From a virus (lineage: Duplodnaviria; Caudoviricetes): a stretch of DNA of 37,144 nt. Positions 35,736-37,144 of this stretch are shown one piece after another. The stretch covers positions 1-37,144 of IMG/VR virus record IMGVR_UViG_3300016467_000217; one strand, written 5' to 3'. Both the position numbers and the translations under genes were made by a program. A model generated the notes under the pieces. It ran no database searches and had not been told where the DNA came from. It was given only the letters and a program-made list of their open reading frames with translations. Numbering within the stretch: position 1 is the first letter of the stretch; each line of letters opens with the position of its first letter.

Positions 35736-37144
35736 TTTTTTGGCGCTTTGACCAGACTAAGGCCATTTGACCGTTTGCGTTGGTTCCCGTTGCGCCTTCC
35801 GATGTAGCCACCGGCTGCTGTTGCATCGGATCGAGTTGGTCGGTCAATGCCAACACTAATCAAGATGTCGGTGACGGTTTTCCACTCCCAAAGTGACTCT
35901 GGATCGTCCCAGGCAAGGCGCGTATCAATGCGCTCAGCAATAGGATCGATGGATGTAAATTGCTCATTGTGAGCATTTAAAAGATCCATTTCCTCAGCGG
36001 TAAGAAAATAGGATTCGCCTTCTCTGTAGTAATGAAGAATTTCGGCCCAAAGCTGCTGCATATCAATATCATGCGTATGCTTAATGGTTGCCGCTTCAAT
36101 AGTCCAAAATCGTCGATTACCTGTTGGATCATTTAGAAATTGTTTTGGATTGACTGATCCAAAAAATACAGTTCGACGGGCATAGTGGGATTTTTTTCGA
36201 GCGTATGCTCTTCGCAATACATCCGACTTATTGGTGATGAACGCTTTCAAAGCCGCAATATCGGACTTTCTAAAAGTTGAATCCAGTTCTCCCAATTCAA
36301 CCATCCAAAATGAACAGGCTTGCTCTACAGAATCCTTGTCATCAGGTCTCAACATCATGCCTTCCTTCAAAAGCTCAAGCTCTTCAGGAACTAATGACTT
36401 GAACCATTTCGTCTTGCCAAGATACTGATCGCCTTGGATCACAAGAATGCCTGGCGCGGCTACACCTGTTGGTGAGAATGCAGCGGCAATGGCAGACAAA
36501 AGCCATCGACGGATGAGGATCTCTTTTAGATCATTGTCTTGATTGTTGACGCAAGTGATGGTTTCGAACAAAGAAACGATGCGTTCTTGGCCGTCCCAAG
36601 GCTTTGATTCAATCCAAGTTGCAACCGGGTTGTAGAGATTCTGATCGGCCAGGAATGTCAAAAACTCTGGCACTTTGGCGGTTGGATAGCCAAACCTTGA
36701 GCATTCGGAGATGATCCATGCAAGGCTTGCGTTGTCTTTGTTATCGACGCTAAATGACTTGCCTGGAATAAGGATCTCGTCATCCTTGCTGATGACGTTA
36801 TAGCGAACATTAACGCCTAGCCTGTCGATGATTTGTTTTAGGTTGTCGATATGCGCCAATGGCTTTCCTTTATCGTTGCAATGCTTGAGAGGTTCCCAGT
36901 AATTAACGACAACCTCAGGAGCCTGAATGGTTGCCTCGGTCTGTATTGGCTCCTGATACTCCCAAAGCGGCGCCGCCTTGCAGATGTTGACTAGAGTTTC
37001 TTTTGTCCCTCCTGCCGCAATCCAGTCCGATATATCGCCTTTTTCTGGTAGCCCCGGCAACTCAATGATGCGGATGGACGTGGCCACGTTGCGTAGCTTG
37101 CAGGCCACCATGTGAGCGTGATCGGTCCCGGCTTTGTCATTGTC
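35705..37144 (-). CDS. Primase-helicase (TOPRIM end plus VapE-like P-loop domain), 5'-truncated
   Basis: Open from the edge: DNDKAG, KGDISDW; G.QYLGKT, VELGEL, YAR, FL.DPTGNRRFW, QLWAE. Confidence 0.92.
   Translation of the reverse strand, partial: DNDKAGTDHAHMVACKLRNVATSIRIIELPGLPEKGDISDWIAAGGTKETLVNICKAAPLWEYQEPIQTEATIQAPEVVVNYWEPLKHCNDKGKPLAHIDNLKQIIDRLGVNVRYNVISKDDEILIPGKSFSVDNKDNASLAWIISECSRFGYPTAKVPEFLTFLADQNLYNPVATWIESKPWDGQERIVSLFETITCVNNQDNDLKEILIRRWLLSAIAAAFSPTGVAAPGILVIQGDQYLGKTKWFKSLVPEELELLKEGMMLRPDDKDSVEQACSFWMVELGELDSTFRKSDIAALKAFITNKSDVLRRAYARKKSHYARRTVFFGSVNPKQFLNDPTGNRRFWTIEAATIKHTHDIDMQQLWAEILHYYREGESYFLTAEEMDLLNAHNEQFTSIDPIAERIDTRLAWDDPESLWEWKTVTDILISVGIDRPTRSDATAAGGYIGRRNGNQRKRSNGLSLVKAPKNRATSGQPDF

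Noticed and set aside
1-37144. Stop-codon reassignment
   Set aside because: Core genes are full length under the standard code and all three stops are used at gene ends

Overview
Nearly complete genome of a long-tailed (siphovirus-like) dsDNA phage, probably of a Gram-negative proteobacterial host (inference from sigma70 promoters, RecE/RecT and gene types). The window seems opened inside the primase-helicase gene: a candidate N-terminus at 90..1 (-) and the TOPRIM/VapE part at 37144..35705 (-). Left arm (-): Cro-like HTH, SF2 helicase, a self-promoted cassette of a TcmP-like methyltransferase-fold protein plus a ParB-DUF5131 radical-SAM fusion, and a VRR-NUC nuclease. Early arm (+, 4605-11396): RecE, RecT, SSB-like protein, a helicase/methylase deletion scar, and about 20 small ORFs interspersed with structured non-coding elements. 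Late arm (-, 35500-11393): MazG-like protein, terminase, portal, head morphogenesis, scaffold, a free-standing GIY-YIG endonuclease, major capsid, head-tail, tail tube, frameshifted chaperones, tape measure, tail tip, fibres, lysozyme and holin. No integrase or CI repressor was recognised. Most notable: the TcmP/ParB-radical-SAM cassette (candidate DNA-modification or conflict system) and a set of C4/CI-like antisense-type RNA structures controlling it, the primase and early genes. All family calls come from motif recognition by eye, not from database searches.
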